A stretch of 32,000 nucleotides of DNA from Hyperthermus butylicus DSM 5456 (GTDB lineage: Archaea > Thermoproteota > Thermoprotei_A > Sulfolobales > Pyrodictiaceae), in NCBI RefSeq assembly GCF_000015145.1, contig NC_008818.1:570001-602000 (forward strand), in the 5' to 3' direction. The notes beneath the pieces were generated by a model, which did no database searches, was not told the origin of the DNA, and saw only the letters and a list, made by a program, of their open reading frames with translations. How positions within the stretch are numbered: the stretch's first letter is position 1; each line of letters begins with the position of its first letter. The position numbers and the translations under genes are program-made. This document shows positions 24,378 to 32,000 of the stretch, piece by piece.

Positions 24378-24947
24378 TCAGGCTCCGAGTATGTAGGCTG
24401 GCGAGACCCTTACACCCCTGGCGGCCAGTTTTACTGTACACCGCCTACAGTACATTGGTTTCTTCTTATCAACCCCCCATATGCTATTGCTGAAGTTCAT
24501 GACGCAGCCCGGGGTAGCACAGTGCTCCAGGCCAAGGGCGTGGCCAAGCTCGTGTAGCGCTTCCTTCAGAAGCCTCCTACGATAGAGAGCTTCGTTTGGC
24601 GGCTCACCGTAGAACTCTGGGTGCAGCCTCGCAGTGTAGACCACGGCGACACCCCGGCCCAGGAGTGCCTGGCCAAATACAAAGTTGAGGCCTGGCGTAT
24701 AGGCGTCAAAGCCTGCCACAACCAGTAGGGCATCGCCCCTAAGCTTCTCGTGGAGAATAGCTGCAAGCTCCAGTATAGCGTCGCTGAGGTACTGGCGGCG
24801 CACCGGGTCATAGGCTGACGGAGGCGGCTCCAGCTCCTGCTCCACGATGTTTACGTGTGCGTTACTGTAGGCCTCCCTGAGCCTAGCAGAGAGAAACACC
24901 AGATCATCCCGCTCAACGTGTGTACCCGCAATGTGTATGACTACCAT
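24378..24947 (-). CDS. amzA: Archaemetzincin (zinc metalloprotease AmzA)
   Basis: Diagnostic motif HELGHALGLEHCATPGCVMNF...CRRC (HExxHxxGxxxC...CxM...CxxC). 189 aa. GGAGG lies 9 nt upstream of the ATG. Confidence 0.9.
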   Translation of the reverse strand: MVVIHIAGTHVERDDLVFLSARLREAYSNAHVNIVEQELEPPPSAYDPVRRQYLSDAILELAAILHEKLRGDALLVVAGFDAYTPGLNFVFGQALLGRGVAVVYTARLHPEFYGEPPNEALYRRRLLKEALHELGHALGLEHCATPGCVMNFSNSIWGVDKKKPMYCRRCTVKLAARGVRVSPAYILGA

Positions 24948-25113
24948 GATGTTGTGCCTCCATACTATGCTAGAGCTAGAGCGGCAGCTAGTAGTAGTGT
25001 GAAGAGAGTCAAGCGTATGAGTTCTACCATGCCTAGAAGCCTTATCCTAGACATTTGTATCTTCCTGGCCCGCAGGGCGTTCCACACCAGCTTTATGGTG
25101 GGCTCCACGCATG

Positions 25114-25782
25114 TCAGCAGTGCAGTGCAGGCTTGACAGCTGCAGCAAGGGGTAGCGCAGGGAGCCATAGCGCTAATGGTAAGAGAGGACTCGTACTGCG
25201 CATGGGAAGCCTCGACTCTACATACGCTGCTGTGCTAGCAGTGTACAGCGCCATGAGGCCTGCAGCTGTGATGGTTAGAGTTGTGGGCTCGCCAGCGAGG
25301 ACAGAGGCTAGTACAGCGGTATAGGAGAGAAGGGCAGCGTCAGCTATGTAGCCCATAGCGGTGCCTAGGAGACCCCTCACAGCCGCAGCGGTGTAGCCAG
25401 CGAAGAGAGGCGAGTAGGCTAGGAGCGCGGCAGCAACAGCACTACGCCCAAGAATGAATGCAGCTGCGTACGGCAAAACATTGACACTGGCAACGGCTGC
25501 TACAAGACGTGCACAGCGCCTCTTCGCAGCATCAAAGGCGGCGTCGAAGGTCAACACGTGCAGAGATACGGCTGCCGCAGCGAACAACAAGCCCCACAAG
25601 GTGACAGACTCCATCGACACGACACCGACAGCGGCGCTAAACACTATGATGCCAGCAGCACTAGGCTCCCGGGGCAGCCTAACAAGGCCGCGGAGCCCTA
25701 CGCTGCAGCCTCGCCCCATTAAGGGACTCCCATCGAGCGGCAAAACAGTAAACCATGATATGGCTGGCGTGGGAGCCTCCAC
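25114..25782 (-). CDS. Ala-rich polytopic membrane protein, function unknown
   Basis: 222-aa GTG-initiated ORF with about 6 hydrophobic segments. The opposite-strand ORF is not protein-like. The N-terminal SWFTVLPL and LHVLTFDAAFDA only loosely recall CobS-type proteins, so no call is made. Confidence 0.5.
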   Translation of the reverse strand: MEAPTPAISWFTVLPLDGSPLMGRGCSVGLRGLVRLPREPSAAGIIVFSAAVGVVSMESVTLWGLLFAAAAVSLHVLTFDAAFDAAKRRCARLVAAVASVNVLPYAAAFILGRSAVAAALLAYSPLFAGYTAAAVRGLLGTAMGYIADAALLSYTAVLASVLAGEPTTLTITAAGLMALYTASTAAYVESRLPMRSTSPLLPLALWLPALPLAAAVKPALHC

Positions 25783-25987
25783 CAGCCAGTATGCAGCCCC
25801 TCGCGGCTCAGTGCTAGAGGGAGGAATCCAGCTTGAAGGAACGTCCTGGAGAACGACTTGCAGCCCTTAAGAAGGGGGTAGGGTGTTATAGCTCCTTGGG
25901 CGGTGAGGATCGCCTGCGACGAAAGAAGGCCGCCACAGTGTTGGCGGCGATGCTGATGGAAGAGCCGTGCCGAGCCCTCCTCCCCTT

Positions 25988-27100
25988 CTAGAGTACATCC
26001 TTTATGAAGCGGCCGTTCTCATATATCAGGTCGCCGTCAGCGTAGACCTTGTGGCTCCAGAGGCTCCTTATCATGTCCCAGTGGATGCTCGACTGGTTCC
26101 TCCCGCCAGTCTCGGGGTAGGATGCTCCTAGTGCTATGTGCATGGTGCCGCCTATCTTCTCGTCGAATAGTATCTCCTTGGTGAACCTGTCAATGTTGTA
26201 GTTTAGCCCGAAGGCTAGCTCTCCCAGCCTCCTGGCTCCCTCGTCTGTCTGGAGCATCTTACGGAGAAAGTCCTCGCCTCTCCTCGCAGTGGCCTCTACG
26301 ACTTCGCCGCGGCGGAAGACGAGCCGTACACCCTCCACCTCGACGCCCCGCCATATGGCGGGGTAGTCGAACTCTATGTAGCCCTCAGCTGTGTCCTCCA
26401 CCGGGCCGGTAAAGACTTCGCCGCCTGGCATGTTGTAGCGGCCGTCATCGTTTATCCACTTCCTCCCCGCGACGCTCACCTTGAAGTCTATACCGGGCCC
26501 CTTGATGTGTAGCTCTGACACCCTGTTCAACATGTCCACTATCTTCTGCTGCTCCCTAGCCTTCTCTCTCCACGCAGCTATGGGGTCGTCGCGGTCAACC
26601 ATGGTTGCACGATATACGAACTCTTCAAACTCGAGAATAGACATGCCAGCCTCCTGGGCCATAGCCCGTGTTGGGTAGGGCGCCAGGGTCCAGCGCAGCT
26701 CGCCTCTCGCGCTCCTCTCCATGTATATCCTTGTCAGCTCGAACCGGGCCCGGCTACGCCTAGCCATCCTCTCCGGATCAACGCCATTCAAGTGCTTGGT
26801 ATGGCTCGGCGCCAGTATGGATATGGAGACGTCAATCTTTTCGGCTAGGAGCTTCTCCACGGGGCTAATATGGTCTAGGACATTGTCCTTGGCGTACCGG
26901 TAGAATATTTCATCGAGAACCTCGTCTCGGAGGCTTACGAGGAGCGGGTACCCGCCCCGGCTAACGACCTCCCGGTAAAGCTCCCGCACTAGAGGCAACG
27001 CCTCAAGTCCAGCAGATATAACGACTTCGTCGCCTGGGCGAATGGAGACACAGTATTCTGCAATCAGCTTGGCAAGCTTTGAGATACGAGGGTCGGGCAT
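25988..27100 (-). CDS. Aminopeptidase, M29 family (AmpS/PepS/aminopeptidase T type)
   Basis: 370-aa ORF. The N-terminus LAKLIAEYCVSIRPGDEVVI and the C-terminal metal-site region GGTMHIALGASYPETGGRNQSSIHWDMI are typical of thermophilic metalloprotease M29. Confidence 0.9.
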   Translation of the reverse strand: MPDPRISKLAKLIAEYCVSIRPGDEVVISAGLEALPLVRELYREVVSRGGYPLLVSLRDEVLDEIFYRYAKDNVLDHISPVEKLLAEKIDVSISILAPSHTKHLNGVDPERMARRSRARFELTRIYMERSARGELRWTLAPYPTRAMAQEAGMSILEFEEFVYRATMVDRDDPIAAWREKAREQQKIVDMLNRVSELHIKGPGIDFKVSVAGRKWINDDGRYNMPGGEVFTGPVEDTAEGYIEFDYPAIWRGVEVEGVRLVFRRGEVVEATARRGEDFLRKMLQTDEGARRLGELAFGLNYNIDRFTKEILFDEKIGGTMHIALGASYPETGGRNQSSIHWDMIRSLWSHKVYADGDLIYENGRFIKDVL

Positions 27101-27185
27101 AGCCTAGCCGCCATATGACACGGGAGTCCCGGCCGTAAAAGAGGCCAGCGGCCACGCTTCCCTTAACACCAGCCTCACGGGAAGC

Positions 27186-28211
27186 TTGGGCAGCAGGGAG
27201 GGGCGGGCAGTATTGATATTCGTGATATACCGTGTCATAAGGAGGTTGGTTAGAGAGCTTGCAGGCAGGATAACAATTATCCTTGTCGCGTTTGCGGGGC
27301 TTCTACTCGTTGCAGGTGCCATTTTCAGCTATGTCGAATATCGTGGCCTCTGGGAGGGCGTCTACTGGGCCTTCGTGACAGCCACGACGATAGGCTACGG
27401 CGATATATACCCGGAGACGTGGCTCGGGCGCGTCGTAGCAGTAGCAACAGCTGTAGCTGGCATAGCCCTATTTACGGCACTCATAGGCGTTGTGGCAGAC
27501 CATTTTGCCGCGAAAGCTGCCAGGGCTGAGAGGGGTGAGCTACCAGTACGCGAGAAGGGCCACATAGTGATTATGGGCTGGACACGTCATACAGAGAGAC
27601 TAGTCGAGGAGCTGCGCGCAAATCTTTCCGACAAGCACATAGTCCTGCTAAACACTGATGGCCCCGTGATACGTACAGCAAGCATTACAACCGTGCGTGG
27701 TGACCCCACGAGGACCAAGGACCAGCTAAAAGCTAGCACAGACAAGGCCTGGGCAATAGTAGTCTCTACTGGTGACGACTCAAAGACGATACTAGCAGTA
27801 CTCCACGCCAGGAGGCTCAACCCCCAAGCACTAATCGTCGCGGAGGCGCTCGAAGAGGAGAACATCGACCCGATAAGGCAGGCTGGCGCCGACCGTGTAG
27901 TATACACGGGTGGTCTTGGAGGAGACCTCCTGGCAAGCGCAGTCTTCGAGCCCTCAGTTCCACGGCTCATAGCTGACCTAGCTAGTAGTGTTGAGGGCAT
28001 AGCAGACCTTGTAGAGGAGCCCGCCACGAGCTATGCAGGCAAGACGTTCCTGGAGGCACTAGTAGAGGCTAAGAAGACCGAGGACAAGCTATTGGTAGCC
28101 GTGGTAAAGCATGACGGGATGATAATCGCAAGCCCGCCACCAGACTACCGGATAGAGGATGGCGACAAGCTAATCGTCCTAGTAAAGTCGCACAGGGAGA
28201 AGAGTAGCTGA
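27186..28211 (+). CDS. Two-TM potassium channel with cytoplasmic RCK/TrkA-N domain (MthK-like)
   Basis: K+ selectivity filter TTIGYGD between two TM helices, followed by Rossmann-like HIVIMGWTRHTERLVEEL. The start is uncertain: TTG at 27186 in the track, with in-frame TTG/GTG candidates at 27213 and 27222. Confidence 0.85.
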   Translation: MGSREGRAVLIFVIYRVIRRLVRELAGRITIILVAFAGLLLVAGAIFSYVEYRGLWEGVYWAFVTATTIGYGDIYPETWLGRVVAVATAVAGIALFTALIGVVADHFAAKAARAERGELPVREKGHIVIMGWTRHTERLVEELRANLSDKHIVLLNTDGPVIRTASITTVRGDPTRTKDQLKASTDKAWAIVVSTGDDSKTILAVLHARRLNPQALIVAEALEEENIDPIRQAGADRVVYTGGLGGDLLASAVFEPSVPRLIADLASSVEGIADLVEEPATSYAGKTFLEALVEAKKTEDKLLVAVVKHDGMIIASPPPDYRIEDGDKLIVLVKSHREKSS

Positions 28212-28766
28212 ACTCTAGCAAGCCGTAGCAAAAACACACAGTAAACAAGCTGGTGACGGCTTTTGGTGGATTGGCTATCCTAAAGCTTGTCCTGGAGGAC
28301 GTGGTATAGCCCGCTCCCAGAGGACGAGCAGACATGACCAGCAGGATAGCCATGCTAGACCTGGAGGCTACGTGCCTCCGCGGCCCCGCTGCCGCATAGC
28401 ATCGCTAGCCCTCATTCCCCAGGTCGCCAAGGCCTCGGCTAGGCTCCACAGTTTACGCCGTGGAACCCCTGGGAACAGGTGGGAGAAACAGCCCTGGTGT
28501 ATGGGGTAACCTCCAGTGACGCCCCAGGACCACAGTCAAACACCAGCCTCGACGAGGCAATTAGGGCAGCGCTAAGCTACACACTCATAGCCTACGGGGC
28601 CAACTACATCAGCCCACTCCTAGCCGAGGCCGAGAAAGGGAAGCTAAAACCCACAAGAATCTGCTACATAGACCTCCTCAGCCACCTCCTATCAAACCCA
28701 GCCTGGGGTCGTGGAAGCTTGCCTGGGGTACATACAGAAGGGGAACCAAGGAGGATTCGGTGGGGG

Positions 28767-28843
<77 letters not shown>

Positions 28844-28929
28844 ACCCAGCCGGAGGGGCTGGGCTCCATTAATGTTGTGTTATCGTGTTGGCTGGTGGGT
28901 CTTTATTTTTGTCGGTCTTGCTTCGGCGG

Positions 28930-30435
28930 CTAGGGTTCTAGGATTATTCTTATCCTTGCCTTCGGGTCGGGGGCTTCCAGCCTCATTGAGGTTATGAGGC
29001 TGCGGTGTGTCGTTAGGTCTATCCTTGTCTTGCCTGGGTGTAGTGTGTAGGTGTCCGTATCGGCATTGCCTGGTGGCGTGTTGAGGGTGTAGGTGTAGAC
29101 CGTTATCCTGTTTGTCTTGTTGGTTTTTACTTCGAGTTCTGCGTAACGGTAACCTGTTAGCGGTATGCCTGCAAACTGTTTGTTGTCGACAATCCAGCCC
29201 TCTAGCTCGATTACTAGGGGTGGAGGTGGGTTCGTGAGAAGCCTGCCAGCGTCGAATGCAACTATGCTTTTGCGGCTGTAGTCTATTCTGGTTGCATCGT
29301 AGCGCTCTAGGTTTGGCACGGTATTGCCTGCTATGAGCACTTTTGAACCCATCAGCGTCATACTGGTGATCCTTACTCCCAACGCGGCCACTATCCTTGC
29401 TGTGGGTGGGGATATGTAGACGAGTATTGAGGGGGCTACCGGCCTCTGGGATGCTTTCTGCTGCACCTCTGGCAGCTCATCGGTGCCCCTCACTGTGGCG
29501 TGGCTCTGGGCACTAAATGCCACTAGTAGCCCGCCGGCGAGTGGTAGAATGTTGCTTCTCAAGGGCCCGTAGGTATTATAGTGGAAGTCCATCATCCTAA
29601 CGAATACGTGTTCGTTGCCGAAGGGGTCGAAGACTATGATTCCGCCCTTAACTGCGGCGTAGAGCTTTGTGTAGGCTGCTTCTATGTCGCCGCTCCGGTA
29701 GCCCCAGAGCCCGCCGCCATCAACGCTATAGGTTTCAACGGGATCCAGCTCTACCGTTACCGTTTGGCTGTAGTTGTCAAGGTTTATGCAGTGTAGTCCA
29801 GGCCTACCGCCCCAGCCGTGGTGTAGTGTGAAGCAAGCATAGTCCATGTATATTGTGCCTCTTAGCACGCGCTTCCCTGATGCTCTCCGTGCAGCGCCCC
29901 TCCGCCGATCGATCTCGTAGACTCCAAGGTTGAAGTGTCCGTCTCCGCGGGCTGCTAGGAGGGTGTCAGTGCTTGGGTTATAGAGTAGGTCTGTAACCTC
30001 TCCGGCCCACTGGCGTTTATCGCCACCGCCCTCGAGCCATAGGAGTTTTACGCTTCTCTCTCCTGTATCGTAGGCGTGTACATGGCTATACTTGTTTGTG
30101 AAGCTTATTACCGACCTGCCATCGGCGGTGTGGAGTACGTCGGTTGGTGCGTGAACCCAGCCCCCGAAGTATATGGTGCCATCCACTGCCACGGAGGCGT
30201 TGTAGGTGTCGCCGCCGGAGCGTGGCGGCTTGCCAATGTGCTCGAAACGGTATATTCTTGTCTCGCAGTCGTCGTGGTGGAAGAATGCTATAGCTTCAAA
30301 CGCTAGGGTGTAGTAGAGGGTGCCTCGGTGGTATAGTAGGCCGTAGACCCCACCGCCTCCCCATTCTGGGGAGAGGCTATTGGATGGCAGCTCGAGCTTC
30401 GAGAGGATGCAGTCGAGCCCGGCCACACATTCCAC
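28930..30435 (-). CDS. Uncharacterised 501-aa cytoplasmic protein, repeated Gly-Gly turn motifs suggest a beta-propeller plus C-terminal beta-sandwich
   Basis: The GTG at 30435 lies 4 nt after the TAG of the upstream flavoenzyme gene. An alternative GTG at 30426 is preceded by GGAGGGTG. Recurrent motifs are WGGGGVYGLLY, IYFGGWVH, LEGGGDKRQW, HGWGGRPGLH, VDGGGLWGY, VKGGIIVF and LAGGLLVAF. There is no TM segment or signal peptide. It possibly belongs to an archaeal DUF family (DUF2139, from memory, unverified). Confidence 0.75.
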   Translation of the reverse strand: MECVAGLDCILSKLELPSNSLSPEWGGGGVYGLLYHRGTLYYTLAFEAIAFFHHDDCETRIYRFEHIGKPPRSGGDTYNASVAVDGTIYFGGWVHAPTDVLHTADGRSVISFTNKYSHVHAYDTGERSVKLLWLEGGGDKRQWAGEVTDLLYNPSTDTLLAARGDGHFNLGVYEIDRRRGAARRASGKRVLRGTIYMDYACFTLHHGWGGRPGLHCINLDNYSQTVTVELDPVETYSVDGGGLWGYRSGDIEAAYTKLYAAVKGGIIVFDPFGNEHVFVRMMDFHYNTYGPLRSNILPLAGGLLVAFSAQSHATVRGTDELPEVQQKASQRPVAPSILVYISPPTARIVAALGVRITSMTLMGSKVLIAGNTVPNLERYDATRIDYSRKSIVAFDAGRLLTNPPPPLVIELEGWIVDNKQFAGIPLTGYRYAELEVKTNKTNRITVYTYTLNTPPGNADTDTYTLHPGKTRIDLTTHRSLITSMRLEAPDPKARIRIILEP

Positions 30436-30439
30436 CCTC

Positions 30440-31630
30440 CTAGCCTAGGACTAGGCCCTCCGGTATGAGGCGGCCCTCCCTAAACCTGTCCGGGTTGTAG
30501 GGCTTCATGTGTGGATGCTCCTTGTCTTCGGCGATGAGTTTTGCGAGAAGCTCGCCGGCATAGGGTGCCATCATTAGGCCGTGACCGCTGTAGCCCGTGT
30601 CAACGTAGAGGCCCTCCGGCCACTCAGAGCCCCTGCCAAGCACGTGGCTGTGGTCGGGGGTTACGTTATAGGTGCCGCTCCAAGCCCGGAGGATGCGGAG
30701 GCACGAACCACCCTTCAGAAGCCTCGCTAGCAGCCGAGCAGTGGCTCGGAGCCATTCGAGGGATACACCGCCAAAGTCTAGCGTCTTCGGATCCCTGGTC
30801 TTCCCGGTTGCTATTACCTCGCCCTTCAGCGTCTGCCCAATGTATGAGCCCTCCTCGAATACTATCACTAGGGGGCCTATGGTGTAGCGGTAGGGCTCCG
30901 TCACCAGGAGGCTTTTACGGACAGGATCCAGGGGGAGATCAACGCCAGCTGTCTGGAGGAGACGGCGGCTCCAAGACCCAGCAGCAACAACCACTGTTCC
31001 AGCCCGGATGCTCCCGAAGCCCTCTACATGGACCCCAGCGACTCTGCTGCCGTTAACGAGTATCCGCTCAACCCTAGCACCCTCAACAATGGCTACGCCG
31101 TGTCTTGCAGCATAGGAGGCAAGAGCCATGGACATGTAGTCGTGGTGTAAGCTCCCATTCTGGGGACCAAAGACTCCAGCCACGAAGCCTTCAAGGTTTA
31201 TGTAGGGGTGCCGCTCAGCAACCTCCCCAATTTCGAGAAACCTTACTGGCACGCCGAGAGGCTCCCATATCTCCCTATTGACTTTACGGAGCTTCTCCAA
31301 GCTATCCTCACGTTGTACGAGCCAGAGGTAGCCCCGCCGAGCTATAACAGGGTTTACACCCGTTACCCTGGGTATTTCGAGTATCCTCCTGGCGGACTCC
31401 CTGGCGAATACAGTGTTCTCCCGGGAGAAGAAGTGTACACGGAACCTCCCAGCGTTTCTTGTCGTGGAGCCATAGAAAATGCTGTGCTGCTCGAGAACCA
31501 CAACCCTGCCAGGATACCCTATTCTTGCAAGGTAGTAGGCTAGGGCTAAGCCTGCAACGCCACCCCCAATAATAGCTATATCTGCCTCCCGTGGTGGCCT
31601 CTCCGTCACTATGCGCTGGGGGAGCGGCAC
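30440..31630 (-). CDS. FAD-dependent oxidoreductase, sarcosine oxidase beta / dye-linked L-proline dehydrogenase beta-subunit-like (DAO family)
   Basis: The N-terminal dinucleotide fold is DIAIIGGGVAGLALAYYLA...VVVLEQ. The C-terminal GYSGHGLMMAPYAG is typical of the DAO family. The GTG start is preceded by GGGTGG 6 nt upstream. Confidence 0.9.
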   Translation of the reverse strand: MPLPQRIVTERPPREADIAIIGGGVAGLALAYYLARIGYPGRVVVLEQHSIFYGSTTRNAGRFRVHFFSRENTVFARESARRILEIPRVTGVNPVIARRGYLWLVQREDSLEKLRKVNREIWEPLGVPVRFLEIGEVAERHPYINLEGFVAGVFGPQNGSLHHDYMSMALASYAARHGVAIVEGARVERILVNGSRVAGVHVEGFGSIRAGTVVVAAGSWSRRLLQTAGVDLPLDPVRKSLLVTEPYRYTIGPLVIVFEEGSYIGQTLKGEVIATGKTRDPKTLDFGGVSLEWLRATARLLARLLKGGSCLRILRAWSGTYNVTPDHSHVLGRGSEWPEGLYVDTGYSGHGLMMAPYAGELLAKLIAEDKEHPHMKPYNPDRFREGRLIPEGLVLG

Positions 31631-31650
31631 AATAGTCCACCCATCTCGGG

Positions 31651-32000
31651 CTATGCGAGTAGTGATACCTGGGGCAGGGATAGTGGGGGCCTTGCGCGGA
31701 AAACACCGATACTGTTGACGGGTACCCGGTATAGGTGCGAGAGGATGAGTGCAGCCGTGACGGCGCTGAATCGCCCCTGCTCCAGCCCGGTGCCGAGCCC
31801 AGTAGCTCTCTTCAACAGCTCCATCCCATGGTAACCCCTCTCCCAGGCCTCAATGACGTCTCCAAGCACGATATCCTCGTCGAGATCCACAAATTGTAGT
31901 CCCTTGACGCTGCTTGACAGTAGGACCGGCGGCCTAGTAGCCACGTCGGTGCTGTCGGGGCTGCAGCCAGCGATGCGCGACACCCTCCTATAGGCTTGGT
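31651..32000 (-). CDS. 3' part of a sarcosine oxidase alpha / proline dehydrogenase alpha-subunit-like gene, truncated by the right window edge
   Basis: The frame is open to the window end, so the GTG at 31983 in the track is probably internal. LQFVDLDEDIVLGDVIEAWERGYHGMELLKRATGLGTGLEQGRFS...FRARPP matches the conserved FVDxxxDVxxxDIxxAxxEGFxxxExxKRYTxxGMxxxQGK...FRPP segment of SoxA-type alpha subunits. Confidence 0.65.
   Translation of the reverse strand, partial: QAYRRVSRIAGCSPDSTDVATRPPVLLSSSVKGLQFVDLDEDIVLGDVIEAWERGYHGMELLKRATGLGTGLEQGRFSAVTAALILSHLYRVPVNSIGVFRARPPLSLPQVSLLA

Noticed and set aside
25114-25782. Calling the Ala-rich membrane protein a CobS (cobalamin synthase)
   Set aside because: Only a loose N-terminal resemblance (SWFTVLPL) and a partial H...D...D pattern are present. 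The HxDGxxD spacing and the C-terminal family motifs are absent.
28255-28270. TGGTGGATTGGC as a second att copy (10 of 12 match to the tRNA 3' end TGGTGGACCGGC)
   Set aside because: The match is too short and similarity stops immediately afterwards. A 7-mer exact core is expected by chance in 32 kb.

Overview
The window is a gene-dense chromosomal segment that looks like a hyperthermophilic crenarchaeon (Desulfurococcales-like). The organism call is inference from AGG/ATA/CTA-rich codon usage, frequent GTG/TTG starts, N-terminally membrane-anchored solute-binding proteins, archaemetzincin and TmcA. Content is mostly housekeeping and transport. There is a Dpp/Opp-type peptide ABC importer: a permease-permease-ATPase-ATPase operon on the minus strand with a divergent binding-protein gene. 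There is also a Liv-type (HAAT) ABC importer with the same divergent layout. Other calls are an ArsB/NhaD-type permease, SfsA, a nitrilase-superfamily hydrolase, a tandem USP protein, TmcA, archaemetzincin, an M29 aminopeptidase, an RCK-gated K+ channel and tRNA-Ala(GGC). A sarcosine-oxidase/proline-dehydrogenase-like alpha/beta flavoenzyme operon runs off the right edge. I saw no rRNA, CRISPR array, transposase or recognisable defence system. The leads I rate highest are these. (1) The peptide-binding protein appears circularly permuted, with the canonical family-5 C-terminal segment placed at the N-terminus. (2) A 501-aa uncharacterised, apparently beta-propeller-like protein is translationally coupled to the flavoenzyme genes. 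(3) A GC-rich, hairpin-dense element lies upstream of tmcA. (4) Two genes (a GNAT acetyltransferase and a nucleoside phosphorylase) are each broken by two single-base frameshifts, which can all be placed at homopolymer runs. (5) An ORF reads antisense through the tRNA, which is the geometry of an SSV-type integrase N-fragment scar. All functional calls rest on motif recognition by eye. No searches were run.
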